Below, piece after piece: positions 40,001 to 48,840 of a DNA stretch of 64,000 bases. This stretch comes from Desulfatiglandales bacterium (GTDB lineage: Bacteria > Desulfobacterota > DSM-4660 > Desulfatiglandales > Desulfatiglandaceae). The notes beneath the pieces are model-generated. The model was not told where the DNA came from. It saw only the letters and a program-made list of their open reading frames with translations, and did not search any database. The position numbers were made by a program, and so were the translations under genes. The stretch spans positions 2,560,001-2,624,000 of the forward strand of contig OY759599.1 in assembly GCA_963662465.1 (NCBI GenBank), in the 5' to 3' direction. The stretch's first letter is position 1. Each line of letters begins with the position of its first letter.

Positions 40001-42910
40001 TGTTGACTTTTTATCAACCGCCGGTCGGGGGGATGATGCCTGGGCCTTATCCGAAAGATTTGCTCCTCGCTCAGAAACCCCAGATTCTTTCAAACCTGAA
40101 CCTTGAAACGATCCGCTCTCAGTCTTCCCAACAAACACTTTCCCCATTTCTTTCCTGACAACTTGATCAACAGTCGCTTTCACGCCGCCTTTCACAGGGG
40201 TTTTCGTTTCAGGCATTGGCTCGGGATTTGACGATGTTGTCTTTTTTTCAACCGCTGGCCGGGGGGATGATGCCTGGGCCTTATCCGAAAGCTTGACTCC
40301 ATTCTCGGAAGACTCAGTCTCTTTCAAACCTGAAACTTGAAACAATCCGCTCTCAGTCTTCCCAACAACCACTTTCCCCATTTCTTTCTTGACAACTTGA
40401 TCAACAGACGCTTTCACGCCGCCTTTCACAGGGATTTTCGTTTCAGGCATTGGCTCGGGATTTGACGATGTTGTCTTTTTTTCAACCGCCGGCCGGGGGG
40501 ATGATGCCTGGGCCTTATCCGAAAGCTTGACTCCATTCTCGGAAGACTCAGTCTCTTTCAAACCTGAAGCTTGGAACGATCCGCTCTCAGTCTTCCCAAC
40601 AACCACTTTCCCCATTTCTTTCTTGACAACTTGATCAACAGACGCTTTCACGCCGCCTTTCGCAGGGGTTTTCGCTTCACTCAATGGCTCGGGGTTTGAC
40701 GAGGTTGTCTTTTTTTCAACCCTGAGCCGGGGGGATGATGCCTGGGCCTTATCCGAAAGCTTGACTCCATTCTCGGAAGACTCAGTCTCTTTCAAACCTG
40801 AAGCTTGGAACGATCCGCTCTCAGTCTTCCCAACAACCACTTTCCCCATTTCTTTCTTGACAACTTGATCAACAGACGCTTTCACGCCGCCTTTCGCAGG
40901 GGTTTTCGCTTCACTCAATGGCTCGGGGTTTGACGAGGTTGTCTTTTTTTCAACCCTGAGCCGGGGGGATGATGCCTGGGCCTTATCCGAAAGCTTGACT
41001 CCATTCTCGGAAGACTCAGTCTCTTTCAAACCTGAAGCTTGAAACGATCCGCTCTCAGTCTTCCCAATAACCACTCTCCCGTTTTCTTTCCTGACAACCT
41101 TATCAACAGGGGCCTTGACGCCGCCTTTCGCAGGGGTTTTCCCTTCCGGCAACGGCTCGGGGATTGCCGATGTTGCCTTTTTATCAACCGCCAGCCGGGA
41201 AGATGATTCCTGGGCCTTGGCCGGAAGCTTGACTCCATTCTCGGAAGACTCAGTCTCTTTCAAACCTGAACCTTGAAACGATCCGCTCTCAGTCTTCCCA
41301 ACAACCACTTTCCCCATTTCTTTCCTGACAGCCTGATCAACAGGGGCCTTTACGCCAGCTTTCACAGAGGTTTTCGCTTCAAGCATCGGCTCAGGGTTTG
41401 ACAATGTTGTCTTTTTTTCAACCGCCGGCCGGGGAGATGATGCCTGGGCCTTATCCGAAAGATTTGCTCCTCGCTCAGAAACCCCAGATTCTTTCAAACC
41501 TGAAACTTGAAACGATCCGCTCTCAGTCTTCCCAACAACCACTTTCCCCATTTCTTTCCTGACAGCCTGATCAACAGGGGCCTTTACGCCAGCTTTCACA
41601 GAGGTTTTCGCTTCAAGCATCGGCTCGGGGTTTGATGATGTTGACTTTTTATCAACCGCCGGTCGGGGGGATGATGCCTGGGCCTTATCCGAAAGATTTG
41701 CTCCTCGCTCAGAAACCCCAGATTCTTTCAAACCTGAACCTTGAAACGATCCGCTCTCAGTCTTCCCAACAAACACTTTCCCCATTTCTTTCCTGTCAAC
41801 CTCATCAACAGGGGCCTTTACGCCGGCTTTCACAGAGGTTTTCGCTTCAGGCATCGGCTCGGAGTTTGACGATGTTGTCTTTTTTTCAACCGCCTGCCGG
41901 GAAGATGATGCCTCTGCCTTCTCCGAAAGATTTGCTCCTCGCCCAGAAACCCCAGATTCTTTCAAACCTGGAACTTTAAACGATCCGCTCTTAGTCTTCC
42001 CAACAAACACTTTCCCCATTTCTTTCCTGACAACCTGATCAACAGGGGCATTGACGCCGGCTTTCACAGGGGTTTTCACTTCACTCAATGGCTCGGGGTT
42101 TGACGAGGTTGTCTTTTTTTCAACCGACAGCCGGGGGGATAATGCCTGGGCCTTCTCCGAAAGATTTGCTCCATCCTCGGAAACCCCAATCTCTTTCAAC
42201 TCAGAACCCTGAAACGCCTGTACATCATTCTTTCCAACACCCGGTTTATCAACTTCAACGCCCACTATCGATTCCCCAGTGGATTTAAACTTCTCTTTTA
42301 TGGGCAATTCCGAACTGGGACTCTTTTCAACGTTCAAAGGCATCGTAATAGGCCTGCCGCCCTGCCCTTTCATGGTCAGGGTTATGCGGCCGGTTTCGAT
42401 CGATTTTTTGGGGGTATTCAGAACGTTGATTTCCGTTTCCGATCCTGCTGAAACTGAAATAGGTTCATCTGCATGTTGTCCACTCAAAAGCGGCGTCATC
42501 AATCCCGGCAAAATCGCCTGTTCCGACTCTTCTGCCATCGGATTCACCGTCAAATCTTTGGATTCTCCATCAAACTCCCGGGTTTCCTCATCCAATTTGC
42601 CGGATTCGGCTTTTACGGATTTGGATTCGAACCGATGCCGAGGATTGGCGCCGCTCACGGCTTTCCCTGAAACAACCGAACCTTTTTCATCCTTGGCGTT
42701 CTCACCCTTTTTCCAGCCCGAAACACCATGAGAGGAAAAACCGGCCTTATGCTCATCAGCCACGGCCGCAAAGGTGGAAAGAAAACCATTCCCACTCTGC
42801 TCCGATTCACAAACCCCTTTGGGAGTTCTTGAAAAAACCGCATCTTGATGTGGCATTATGAGGATGTTGTTCAGCATATTCTTGTTTCCGGATAGTCTTA
42901 AGAGAAACAT
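37007..42910 (-). CDS. fliK: Giant hook-length control protein FliK (~1967 aa)
   Basis: C-terminal T3S4 domain (SEVKMSLHPESLGHLRI...LKADFQNQGLEIEKFDV); directly upstream of flgD. Start is 42910 or 42877. Confidence 0.92.
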   Translation of the reverse strand: MFLLRLSGNKNMLNNILIMPHQDAVFSRTPKGVCESEQSGNGFLSTFAAVADEHKAGFSSHGVSGWKKGENAKDEKGSVVSGKAVSGANPRHRFESKSVKAESGKLDEETREFDGESKDLTVNPMAEESEQAILPGLMTPLLSGQHADEPISVSAGSETEINVLNTPKKSIETGRITLTMKGQGGRPITMPLNVEKSPSSELPIKEKFKSTGESIVGVEVDKPGVGKNDVQAFQGSELKEIGVSEDGANLSEKAQALSPRLSVEKKTTSSNPEPLSEVKTPVKAGVNAPVDQVVRKEMGKVFVGKTKSGSFKVPGLKESGVSGRGANLSEKAEASSSRQAVEKKTTSSNSEPMPEAKTSVKAGVKAPVDEVDRKEMGKVFVGKTESGSFQGSGLKESGVSERGANLSDKAQASSPRPAVDKKSTSSNPEPMLEAKTSVKAGVKAPVDQAVRKEMGKVVVGKTESGSFQVSGLKESGVSERGANLSDKAQASSPRPAVEKKTTLSNPEPMLEAKTSVKAGVKAPVDQAVRKEMGKVVVGKTESGSFQGSGLKETESSENGVKLPAKAQESSSRLAVDKKATSAIPEPLPEGKTPAKGGVKAPVDKVVRKENGRVVIGKTESGSFQASGLKETESSENGVKLSDKAQASSPRLRVEKKTTSSNPEPLSEAKTPAKGGVKASVDQVVKKEMGKVVVGKTESGSFQASGLKETESSENGVKLSDKAQASSPRLRVEKKTTSSNPEPLSEAKTPAKGGVKASVDQVVKKEMGKVVVGKTESGSFQASGLKETESSENGVKLSDKAQASSPRPAVEKKTTSSNPEPMPETKIPVKGGVKASVDQVVKKEMGKVVVGKTESGLFQVSGLKETESSENGVKLSDKAQASSPRPAVEKKTTSSNPEPMPETKTPVKGGVKATVDQVVRKEMGKVFVGKTESGSFQGSGLKESGVSERGANLSDKAQASSPRPAVDKKSTSSNPEPMLEAKTSVKAGVKAPVDQAVRKEMGKVVVGKTESGSFQVSGLKESGVSERGANLSDKAQASSPRPAVEKKTTLSNPEPMLEAKTSVKAGVKAPVDQAVRKEMGKVVVGKTESGLFQASGLKETESSENGVKLSDKAEASSPRPVVEKKTTLSNPEPMPETKTPAKGGVKAPVFELAGKENGKMVIGKTESGSFQGSGLKETESSENGVNLSDKAQASSPRLRVEKKTTSSNPEPLSEAKTPAKGGVKASVDQVVKKEMGKVVVGKTESGSFQASGLKETESSENGVKLSDKAQASSPRPAVEKKTTSSNPEPMPETKIPVKGGVKASVDQVVKKEMGKVVVGKTESGLFQVSGLKETESSENGVKLSDKAQASSPRPAVEKKTTSSNPEPMPETKTPVKGGVKATVDQVVRKEMGKVVVGKTESGSFQASGLKETESSENGVKLSDKAQASSPRPAVEKKTTSSNPEPMPETKTPVKGGVKATVDQVVRKEMGKVVVGKTESGSFQVSGLKETGVSENGGKLPAKAQESSSRLAVDKKATSSNPEPMPEAKTPVKAGVKAPIDQAVRKEMGKVVAGKTESGSFQASGLKETESSENGGKLPAKAQESSSRLAVDKKATSAIPEPLPEGKTPAKGGVKAPVDKVVRKENGKVVVGKTESGSFQASGLKETGVSENGVKLSAKVQELSPRPVVDKKKASATPELSSNATKTTGNILSGSGESSSAGKENPLFSDSLRAIRSGVGEVSVTEKGEKRQKEPSDGFKANIGAAAGALELETQSSKSNTEQREGQAESEKSNQFQGKISHNLSEKLESVSGEDTQATPKTYTISDNSNTIVAPDNEKELPKRSEGSNGFGQLFRTAAFLLKNGRSEVKMSLHPESLGHLRIRILTESHQVTVKVMVDTLVAKEMIEHNLHQLKADFQNQGLEIEKFDVSLSQDSDKNGAGYNPSPANRTKGRAGQKREGNTRQDEKSERADATPKAMRHENAVDFFA
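37890..42217 (-). repeat. In-frame tandem array of ~18.5 x 234 bp (78 aa) inside fliK
   Basis: Anchor C(G/A)ATCCGCTC recurs every 234 bp at 38003, 38237, 38471 ... 41747, 41981 (18 hits) with no indels. Confidence 0.97.
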
Positions 42911-42932
42911 TTCATTTTCACGGAAGACTTAA

Positions 42933-42948
42933 TGCAACAGATATGCCG
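42933..42948 (-). promoter_or_regulatory. Sigma54 promoter upstream of fliK-flgD-flgE1-flgE2
   Basis: Minus strand CGGCAT-ATCTG-TTGCA. Confidence 0.75.
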
Positions 42949-43213
42949 AAAATAGGGCGTCAAAATGATCCAGATGCTCGAATGATCATTGCCACACAAA
43001 GACATTCTGACATAACATACCAGTATCATTATACCTATTATCCAACACCGCAATGAAGCCACAACCCAACAAGCGACCATTCCGCAGGTTGAATCCACCT
43101 CATAAGGGGAAAATCACTCGTAAAACATGGGCAACTTTTTCCCCTCATCGCCTGTTTCTTCCTAGCGAGATGACGAAGGAACTCGTTTTTTAGAAATCGA
43201 CCCCAAACAAAAA

Positions 43214-43237
43214 GGTGGGCACAAGACCCGCCCCTAC
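43214..43237 (-). repeat. GTAG-type REP-like element
   Basis: Minus strand GTAGGGGCGGGTCTTGTGCCCACC, an imperfect hairpin. Confidence 0.6.
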
Positions 43238-43349
43238 GTGCGTTTGTGGGGCAAAAAATTGGTAGGGTTAAAATAATGGATATTGGTGTGGAAAGTTGGA
43301 TGGGGGTGAAAAAAATTGCTTGCTTAAATCCTGAAATGAGGCATTATCT

Positions 43350-43796
43350 TCATGTCGGACTCTTAAGGTTCTTAAATCCATTGATGGCGATTTCGTCCAT
43401 CTCTTTTTGTTCTTTTCGTTGCAGTTCCAGTTTGTGGGCCTTCAATCGGTTCTGCTTCAATTGATCAACGGTCTTGCGCTTCTTAACGGCTTCGATCAGC
43501 TTATTGCGCTTCTTTTGGATATTGTTTTCAAGCCGTACAATCGTCTTATGCTGCACCTTTATCTGTGTGGAGACCCGCCCGATAAAATCGCTGTAAAGCG
43601 ATATATCCACAGCCCTGATGCCCTTCATCTGTCTTTCCTGTAACTCACGGAGACATGTGTTTTTGGTATCTTCAAGCTTCTTCAGTTTTTCTTTTTCAGC
43701 CAGCAGCAATCGTTTCAAGGCTGCCATTTCCTTTTGTAGCTCCTCCTCAATGAGCTTTCGATGCTTCAAAACCGGTTCCAGGCTGAAATGATACAT
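43350..43796 (-). CDS. fliJ: Export protein FliJ
   Basis: MY.FSLEPVL..R N-terminus, coiled coil, EQKEMDE; follows fliI. Confidence 0.92.
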   Translation of the reverse strand: MYHFSLEPVLKHRKLIEEELQKEMAALKRLLLAEKEKLKKLEDTKNTCLRELQERQMKGIRAVDISLYSDFIGRVSTQIKVQHKTIVRLENNIQKKRNKLIEAVKKRKTVDQLKQNRLKAHKLELQRKEQKEMDEIAINGFKNLKSPT

Positions 43797-43841
43797 ATTG
43801 AATCACCATTGTCGGGTTACAGATTTTTCACTGAACCATGT

Positions 43842-45155
43842 CTAACGAACATTGAACATCCCCTTAAGCGACTTGATACAGTTTTTAAGGTCTTCTTTTT
43901 CTTCAATCCCCTGCTTCAGATACCCATTCACTTTTTCGATCATTTTGACGGCATAATCGATTTTCGGGTTGCTCCCCGCCACATAGGCGCCGATGTTGAT
44001 CAAATCCTCGGCTTTTCGATAGGTGGCCAGAATCTCTTTGAGGCGATTGGCGCAATCCTTATGCTTCGGGGCCGTAATATCAATCATCACCCGGCTGATG
44101 CTCTCCAGGATATCAATGGCCGGATAGTGATTCTGCGTTGCCAAATCCCTGGAAAGGACGATATGGCCGTCCAAAATCGATCTGACCGCATCGGCAATGG
44201 GCTCGTTCATATCATCCCCCTCAACCAGAACGGTATACAGACCGGTAATCGTGCCGCTCCCTGAAGAGGCGCCGGCTCTTTCCAGCAGTTTCGGCAACAG
44301 CGTAAAGACCGATGGCGTATACCCCTTGGTGGTGGGCGGCTCACCCGCGGCAAGTCCAACCTCCCTTTGGGCCATGGCAAATCTTGTCAGGGAATCCATC
44401 ATGAGCATCACATGCTTTCCCCGGTCCCGAAAGTATTCGGCAATGGCCGTGGCGACAAAAGCGCCCCTCATCCGAATCAAAGGGAGATGATCGGATGTGG
44501 CCACCACCACAACGGACCGTTTGAGGCCCTCCTGTCCGAGATCCCGCTGAATGAAATCGTTCAGTTCCCGGCCTCTCTCTCCAATGAGTGCAATGACATT
44601 GACGTCCGCGCTGGTTTTTTGTGCGATCATCCCCAACAGCACGCTCTTGCCCACACCCGACCCCGCAAAGATGCCCATTCGCTGGCCACAACCCACGGTC
44701 AGGACCCCGTTGATGGCCCTGATGCCCAAATCGAGAGGTTGATCGATTCTTTTTCTCAACAGCGGATTAATGGGATCAGCATAAATGGGGTAGGTGCTTT
44801 CAAATGAGATGGGGCCTTTCCCATCGATGGGATTTCCAAGCCCATCAACCACCCGTCCCAGCAGGTCTTCACCAACGGGGGCCAGGGCATTCCGTTCCTT
44901 GGCCACAACCCGGTTCCCCGGAGAAATACCGCGAATCTCACCCAGGGGAACCAGCAGCATCCGATTGTCCCTGAAGCCGAATACTTCGGCTTTTACCCTT
45001 GGGAGGCCGCCTTTCGGATAGATACTGCAAACACTCCCCAGCCTGGATGCGGGCCCATCCGCCTCAACGATAAACCCCAGGACCTTTGTCACCCGTCCCA
45101 TTCTGGTAATGGGGGTTATACCCGCCAGCGTGGTATGATATCGGTTCAAATCCAT
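43842..45155 (-). CDS. fliI: Flagellar export ATPase FliI
   Basis: AGSGVGKS, IGERGRE, DSLTRFAMAQRE, GEPPTTKGY. Confidence 0.98.
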   Translation of the reverse strand: MDLNRYHTTLAGITPITRMGRVTKVLGFIVEADGPASRLGSVCSIYPKGGLPRVKAEVFGFRDNRMLLVPLGEIRGISPGNRVVAKERNALAPVGEDLLGRVVDGLGNPIDGKGPISFESTYPIYADPINPLLRKRIDQPLDLGIRAINGVLTVGCGQRMGIFAGSGVGKSVLLGMIAQKTSADVNVIALIGERGRELNDFIQRDLGQEGLKRSVVVVATSDHLPLIRMRGAFVATAIAEYFRDRGKHVMLMMDSLTRFAMAQREVGLAAGEPPTTKGYTPSVFTLLPKLLERAGASSGSGTITGLYTVLVEGDDMNEPIADAVRSILDGHIVLSRDLATQNHYPAIDILESISRVMIDITAPKHKDCANRLKEILATYRKAEDLINIGAYVAGSNPKIDYAVKMIEKVNGYLKQGIEEKEDLKNCIKSLKGMFNVR

Positions 45156-45913
45156 CAGCGGTTTTCCCTGAGCGCTTCCGCTACAGCCTCAAGCTGATGC
45201 TCAATTCTTGCGTCCACACAACCAAAATCCGTTTCAATAACACAACCGCCACTGGAAACATGGCCGTCGCTTTCCAATACGCCGTCCCCCATATTGTCAA
45301 CCATCAGTTCAGGGAAGGAAAGGCCGGCATCCTTAACCGTCTGAAAATCCGAAGGGTTGATTCTTATTTTTATAATTTCACTGCCGCCTGTTTCCCTCAT
45401 CGTCCCCTTCAAAACATCCACAACGGTCCCCTTGTTCATGGAAACCTCATGACATACAATTTTCCCGGCAATGGCCAATGCCAGTTCCACGGATGCCTTT
45501 TCAAAATCGGAAACAAGCGCCTCCCGACATCTCCCCAACTCCAGAATCGCCCCCCGAAACGCTTCAAAAACCGGTTCGATTTTTTTCCGCTCCGAAAGGA
45601 TTCCCTCCTTTTCACCGTCAACGAATCCCCTGGAATAGGCCGCTTCAAGTTCAGCGGCATGCTTTTCCGCCAATTCCGCTTCAATATCGTGGCATGCCGG
45701 TGGCGCCGGCGGTGGTTCTTTCTCCTGGAAAAGGGCTTCAAACCCGCCCTCGACTAAACCCTGATGGGCGGAATTGCAAATGGGTTCAAAAACAGCCTTT
45801 CCGTCAGCCGCCGACAGACCGTCCGCCGATCCATCGCCGCCCAGATCCGGGAACATGTGAGGCTTGCATGTCCCTTCATTACCGAATTTATGACGCTTGA
45901 TAATTTTAGACAA
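45155..45913 (-). CDS. fliH: Export protein FliH
   Basis: AxxxGxxxG repeats, IRINP.D, GGC.IET.FG..DA. Confidence 0.93.
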   Translation of the reverse strand: MSKIIKRHKFGNEGTCKPHMFPDLGGDGSADGLSAADGKAVFEPICNSAHQGLVEGGFEALFQEKEPPPAPPACHDIEAELAEKHAAELEAAYSRGFVDGEKEGILSERKKIEPVFEAFRGAILELGRCREALVSDFEKASVELALAIAGKIVCHEVSMNKGTVVDVLKGTMRETGGSEIIKIRINPSDFQTVKDAGLSFPELMVDNMGDGVLESDGHVSSGGCVIETDFGCVDARIEHQLEAVAEALRENR

Positions 45914-46892
45914 TCAGTTCTTCCCCTCGACGACCGGCAATGACGAGTTCGCCCTGCTCTTCCATTTCCTGGATGGCCCTGGTGATGATATTTTGCGCGT
46001 CTTCCACATCTTTCATTCTGACAGCCCCCAGAACTTCAATTTCTTCCCTCAACATCTCCCCGGCCCTTTCAGACATATTGGAAAACACCTTCGCCTTGAC
46101 GTCGCTGGAGGCGGCCTTCAAGGCCTTGGCCAGTTCCTGAGACTCAACCCTTCGCAATACCTTCTGCAGCCCCTTATTATCAACAAAAACGATATCATCG
46201 AAAGTAAACATCTTCTGTTTAATAGCCGCCGCCAGTTCCGGATTGCTATCGTCTATCTTTTCCAGAATAACCTCCCCTGAAAAACCGTCCAATTCGTTCA
46301 GGATGCTGGCCATCAAATCAACACCGCCCTTAACGACATTCACGGATTCATCGCTTTCCTGGATGGCTTCGTCAAAAATTTTTGCCACTTCATCGACCAT
46401 GGATGATCCGATCTTATCCAATGTGGCGATCCTGAATCCAACCTCGCCCCGGATCTCATCAGAAAGCTCAGCCAAAATTTCACTGGCAACTTCTGGAGTC
46501 ACATGAACCAGAATCATGGCAATGGTCTGGGGATGTTCATCCCTGATCAGCTCATAAAGACGATCCGGCGCCAAAGCCCTCAGGGCGGATAAATCAGCCG
46601 GTTTTTTAGGAAGCCGTTTTTTCTTGGGAGGGGGCAGCGGCATATCGTCTTGGGGCAAGGTCGGGTTTTCGATCTGCAAGGGACCGCCCCCTCCTTCGCA
46701 CAACTCAACAAACTCCTTGGCCACATTTTCAAGCAACTCCGGGGATACTTCTTCCATCTGGGATAGGAGTTCCTGGAGCCGTCTTCTTTCGTCTTCTTCC
46801 AGCAAGGGAAAGATTTTCTGCTCAATCCTTTTTCCACCCGCATATACCAGGATCGCCGCCTTCAAGGAACCGGGTAACCGTTTAGGATCCAT
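45906..46892 (-). CDS. fliG: Rotor protein FliG
   Basis: EHPQTIA, KGG, MFTFDD, NMSERA, DVEDAQ. Confidence 0.96.
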   Translation of the reverse strand: MDPKRLPGSLKAAILVYAGGKRIEQKIFPLLEEDERRRLQELLSQMEEVSPELLENVAKEFVELCEGGGGPLQIENPTLPQDDMPLPPPKKKRLPKKPADLSALRALAPDRLYELIRDEHPQTIAMILVHVTPEVASEILAELSDEIRGEVGFRIATLDKIGSSMVDEVAKIFDEAIQESDESVNVVKGGVDLMASILNELDGFSGEVILEKIDDSNPELAAAIKQKMFTFDDIVFVDNKGLQKVLRRVESQELAKALKAASSDVKAKVFSNMSERAGEMLREEIEVLGAVRMKDVEDAQNIITRAIQEMEEQGELVIAGRRGEELIV

Positions 46893-46903
46893 ATTTTTGC
46901 TAT

Positions 46904-48520
46904 CTAAGCCTCTTTCTCATTCAGCCAGCCTCTTAACAACGCCAGGTTCTGTTCCTGGTTCTGATCTATTAACGCCAATGCCTTATCCCTGTAGGGCAAA
47001 CTTTTCCCAGACTCACTCTCTATCTCTTCAAGAGTTTTGGGCAATTGGTTGAGCATTTGCGTATTTTTGGCCGGGCCGGCAGTGAGCCATCTGACCAGCG
47101 GCCGCACCACAAAGAGGAAGGTCAAAATGAAAAAAAGCCCCAGGAATACAGGTTTCGTGGATGGCGCATACTTTTCCACGGTGGCCATCCAGCCCTTCTT
47201 ATCCTGATCTTCTTCAGACCCGATGGTTTCGGAAGGTTCAAAGGGGATGTTCACGACTTCCACTTCGTCCCCCCTTGCGGAATCGAAATTAGCCGCACGC
47301 TTCACGATTCTTTCAAGTTTCCCCATCTCCTCTTCGGTCCTGGGAACATATACCCATTGTTCCTTCTCTTCCCCTTTGCCAACCCGTTTCCGAACCCCAT
47401 CAATCATGACAGCCACGGATAACCTCTTGATGGCTGCAAACGGTTCTATGGTGTGGCTCGTCACCTTGCTGATCTCATAATTCACAGTGCGCTCTTGTTT
47501 CTGGAAGCTTTCCGCAACGCCCGATTGCCCGTTTTTTTTCCGGGCATTCTCATCCCCCGTCATATCAGCCGCCGAGGTATTGGAAAGGATGCCCGGCACG
47601 CCCGAAGGACCCGACCCCAACCCTTTGGAAGATTCGTTGAAAAGCTGTTCGCTTCGAATGGCATTCTTGTCGGGGAAAAATTTCTCCTCGGTTCGTTCCT
47701 GCCGTTTGAAATCCAACTCGCACGACACTCTCACAATCGCCTTGCCCGGCCCCAGGGGCTTTTCCAGCATGGATTGGATCCGGGTTTCCAGACCCTTTTC
47801 TATTTTTCCCTGCAACGCCAGTTGATCCGTGTTGGCCGTCCCGCTTTCGGAATCGGTTTTGTTGCCGGCCAGCATTTTTCCATAATTATCCACAATGGTA
47901 ACGTTTTCAGGATTAAGTCCCGACACACTGGATGAAACCAGATGAACCACGGCCTGAACCTGGGCTTCCCGCAGCCGCCGTCCGGGACGAAGCTTGAGGA
48001 TGATGGAGGTCGTCGCCGGGGTCTCATCCTCAAGGAACAAGGAATTGGAAGGCATTACAATGTGTACCCTTGAACTTTCCACCTCATCGAAACCGTTGAT
48101 GGTTCGGCTCAACTCCCCCTGCAAAGCCCTCTGGTAATTTACATTTTGTACGAATTCGGTCATGCCGAGTTTCGTATTATCAAAAATTTCAAACCCGACG
48201 CCGCTTCCACGAGGCAGTCCTCGGGATGCCAGATCCAATCTGGCCTCAGGGATCATCTCCTTCGGAATCAGTATGGAATTACCATTTGAGGATGTTTTGC
48301 AGGGTATTTTTTTTTCTTTCAGAGAATTGACAATAGTCCCCGCATCTTCAGGGGACAAATTCGAATAGAGTACCTGATAATCAGGGCTCCCCGTCCACAA
48401 CGCCAGGAAGATAAACCCCGCGAGGGTCGCCGTCGCAAACCCGATGAGCGTAAATCGTTTGGCTGGAGAAAGACTTTTGAACAATGCCTTTAGTTGGGAA
48501 GAAAAATCGCTTATTGCCAT
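46904..48520 (-). CDS. fliF: MS-ring protein FliF
   Basis: GFEIFD...G.TEF, YQRALQGELSRTI, RLSVAV; two TM segments. Confidence 0.97.
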   Translation of the reverse strand: MAISDFSSQLKALFKSLSPAKRFTLIGFATATLAGFIFLALWTGSPDYQVLYSNLSPEDAGTIVNSLKEKKIPCKTSSNGNSILIPKEMIPEARLDLASRGLPRGSGVGFEIFDNTKLGMTEFVQNVNYQRALQGELSRTINGFDEVESSRVHIVMPSNSLFLEDETPATTSIILKLRPGRRLREAQVQAVVHLVSSSVSGLNPENVTIVDNYGKMLAGNKTDSESGTANTDQLALQGKIEKGLETRIQSMLEKPLGPGKAIVRVSCELDFKRQERTEEKFFPDKNAIRSEQLFNESSKGLGSGPSGVPGILSNTSAADMTGDENARKKNGQSGVAESFQKQERTVNYEISKVTSHTIEPFAAIKRLSVAVMIDGVRKRVGKGEEKEQWVYVPRTEEEMGKLERIVKRAANFDSARGDEVEVVNIPFEPSETIGSEEDQDKKGWMATVEKYAPSTKPVFLGLFFILTFLFVVRPLVRWLTAGPAKNTQMLNQLPKTLEEIESESGKSLPYRDKALALIDQNQEQNLALLRGWLNEKEA

Positions 48521-48532
48521 AAGTGTTCTCCG

Positions 48533-48835
48533 CTAAACCGCCATCCGCATCATTTCCTTGTAAGCATCGATGACCTTGTTGCGCATTTGCATCAATAACT
48601 GGAAGGAGACGCTTGCCTTCTCCATAGCAATCATGGTCTGGTGAATATCCGCTTTCTTCCCTCCGGCCAATCCCTGAATGGCATCATCCGCCTCGTTTTT
48701 CAATCGGTTCACGTTGTCCATGGCCCCTGAGAGCGCTTGCGCAAAAGACCCCCCGCCATTTTCCCGGACCGGATTACCTTTGGGAGATGACAGACCGGGC
48801 ATTTCCAAATGGTTGTTGATGGTAATCTTTTCCAT
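48533..48835 (-). CDS. fliE: Hook-basal body protein FliE
   Basis: DIHQTMIAMEKA...RNK...AYKEMMRM. Confidence 0.95.
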   Translation of the reverse strand: MEKITINNHLEMPGLSSPKGNPVRENGGGSFAQALSGAMDNVNRLKNEADDAIQGLAGGKKADIHQTMIAMEKASVSFQLLMQMRNKVIDAYKEMMRMAV

Positions 48836-48840
48836 TGGCG

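Noticed and set aside
37890..42217. 234-bp array as a CRISPR array or DGR target
   Set aside because: Units are contiguous, in-frame and coding, with no unique spacers, and differences are not confined to adenines.
42898..43464. Small ORFs in the fliJ-fliK gap (42898-43098, 43246-43464)
   Set aside because: No motifs; they overlap the sigma54 promoter or fliJ. The region reads as regulatory DNA.
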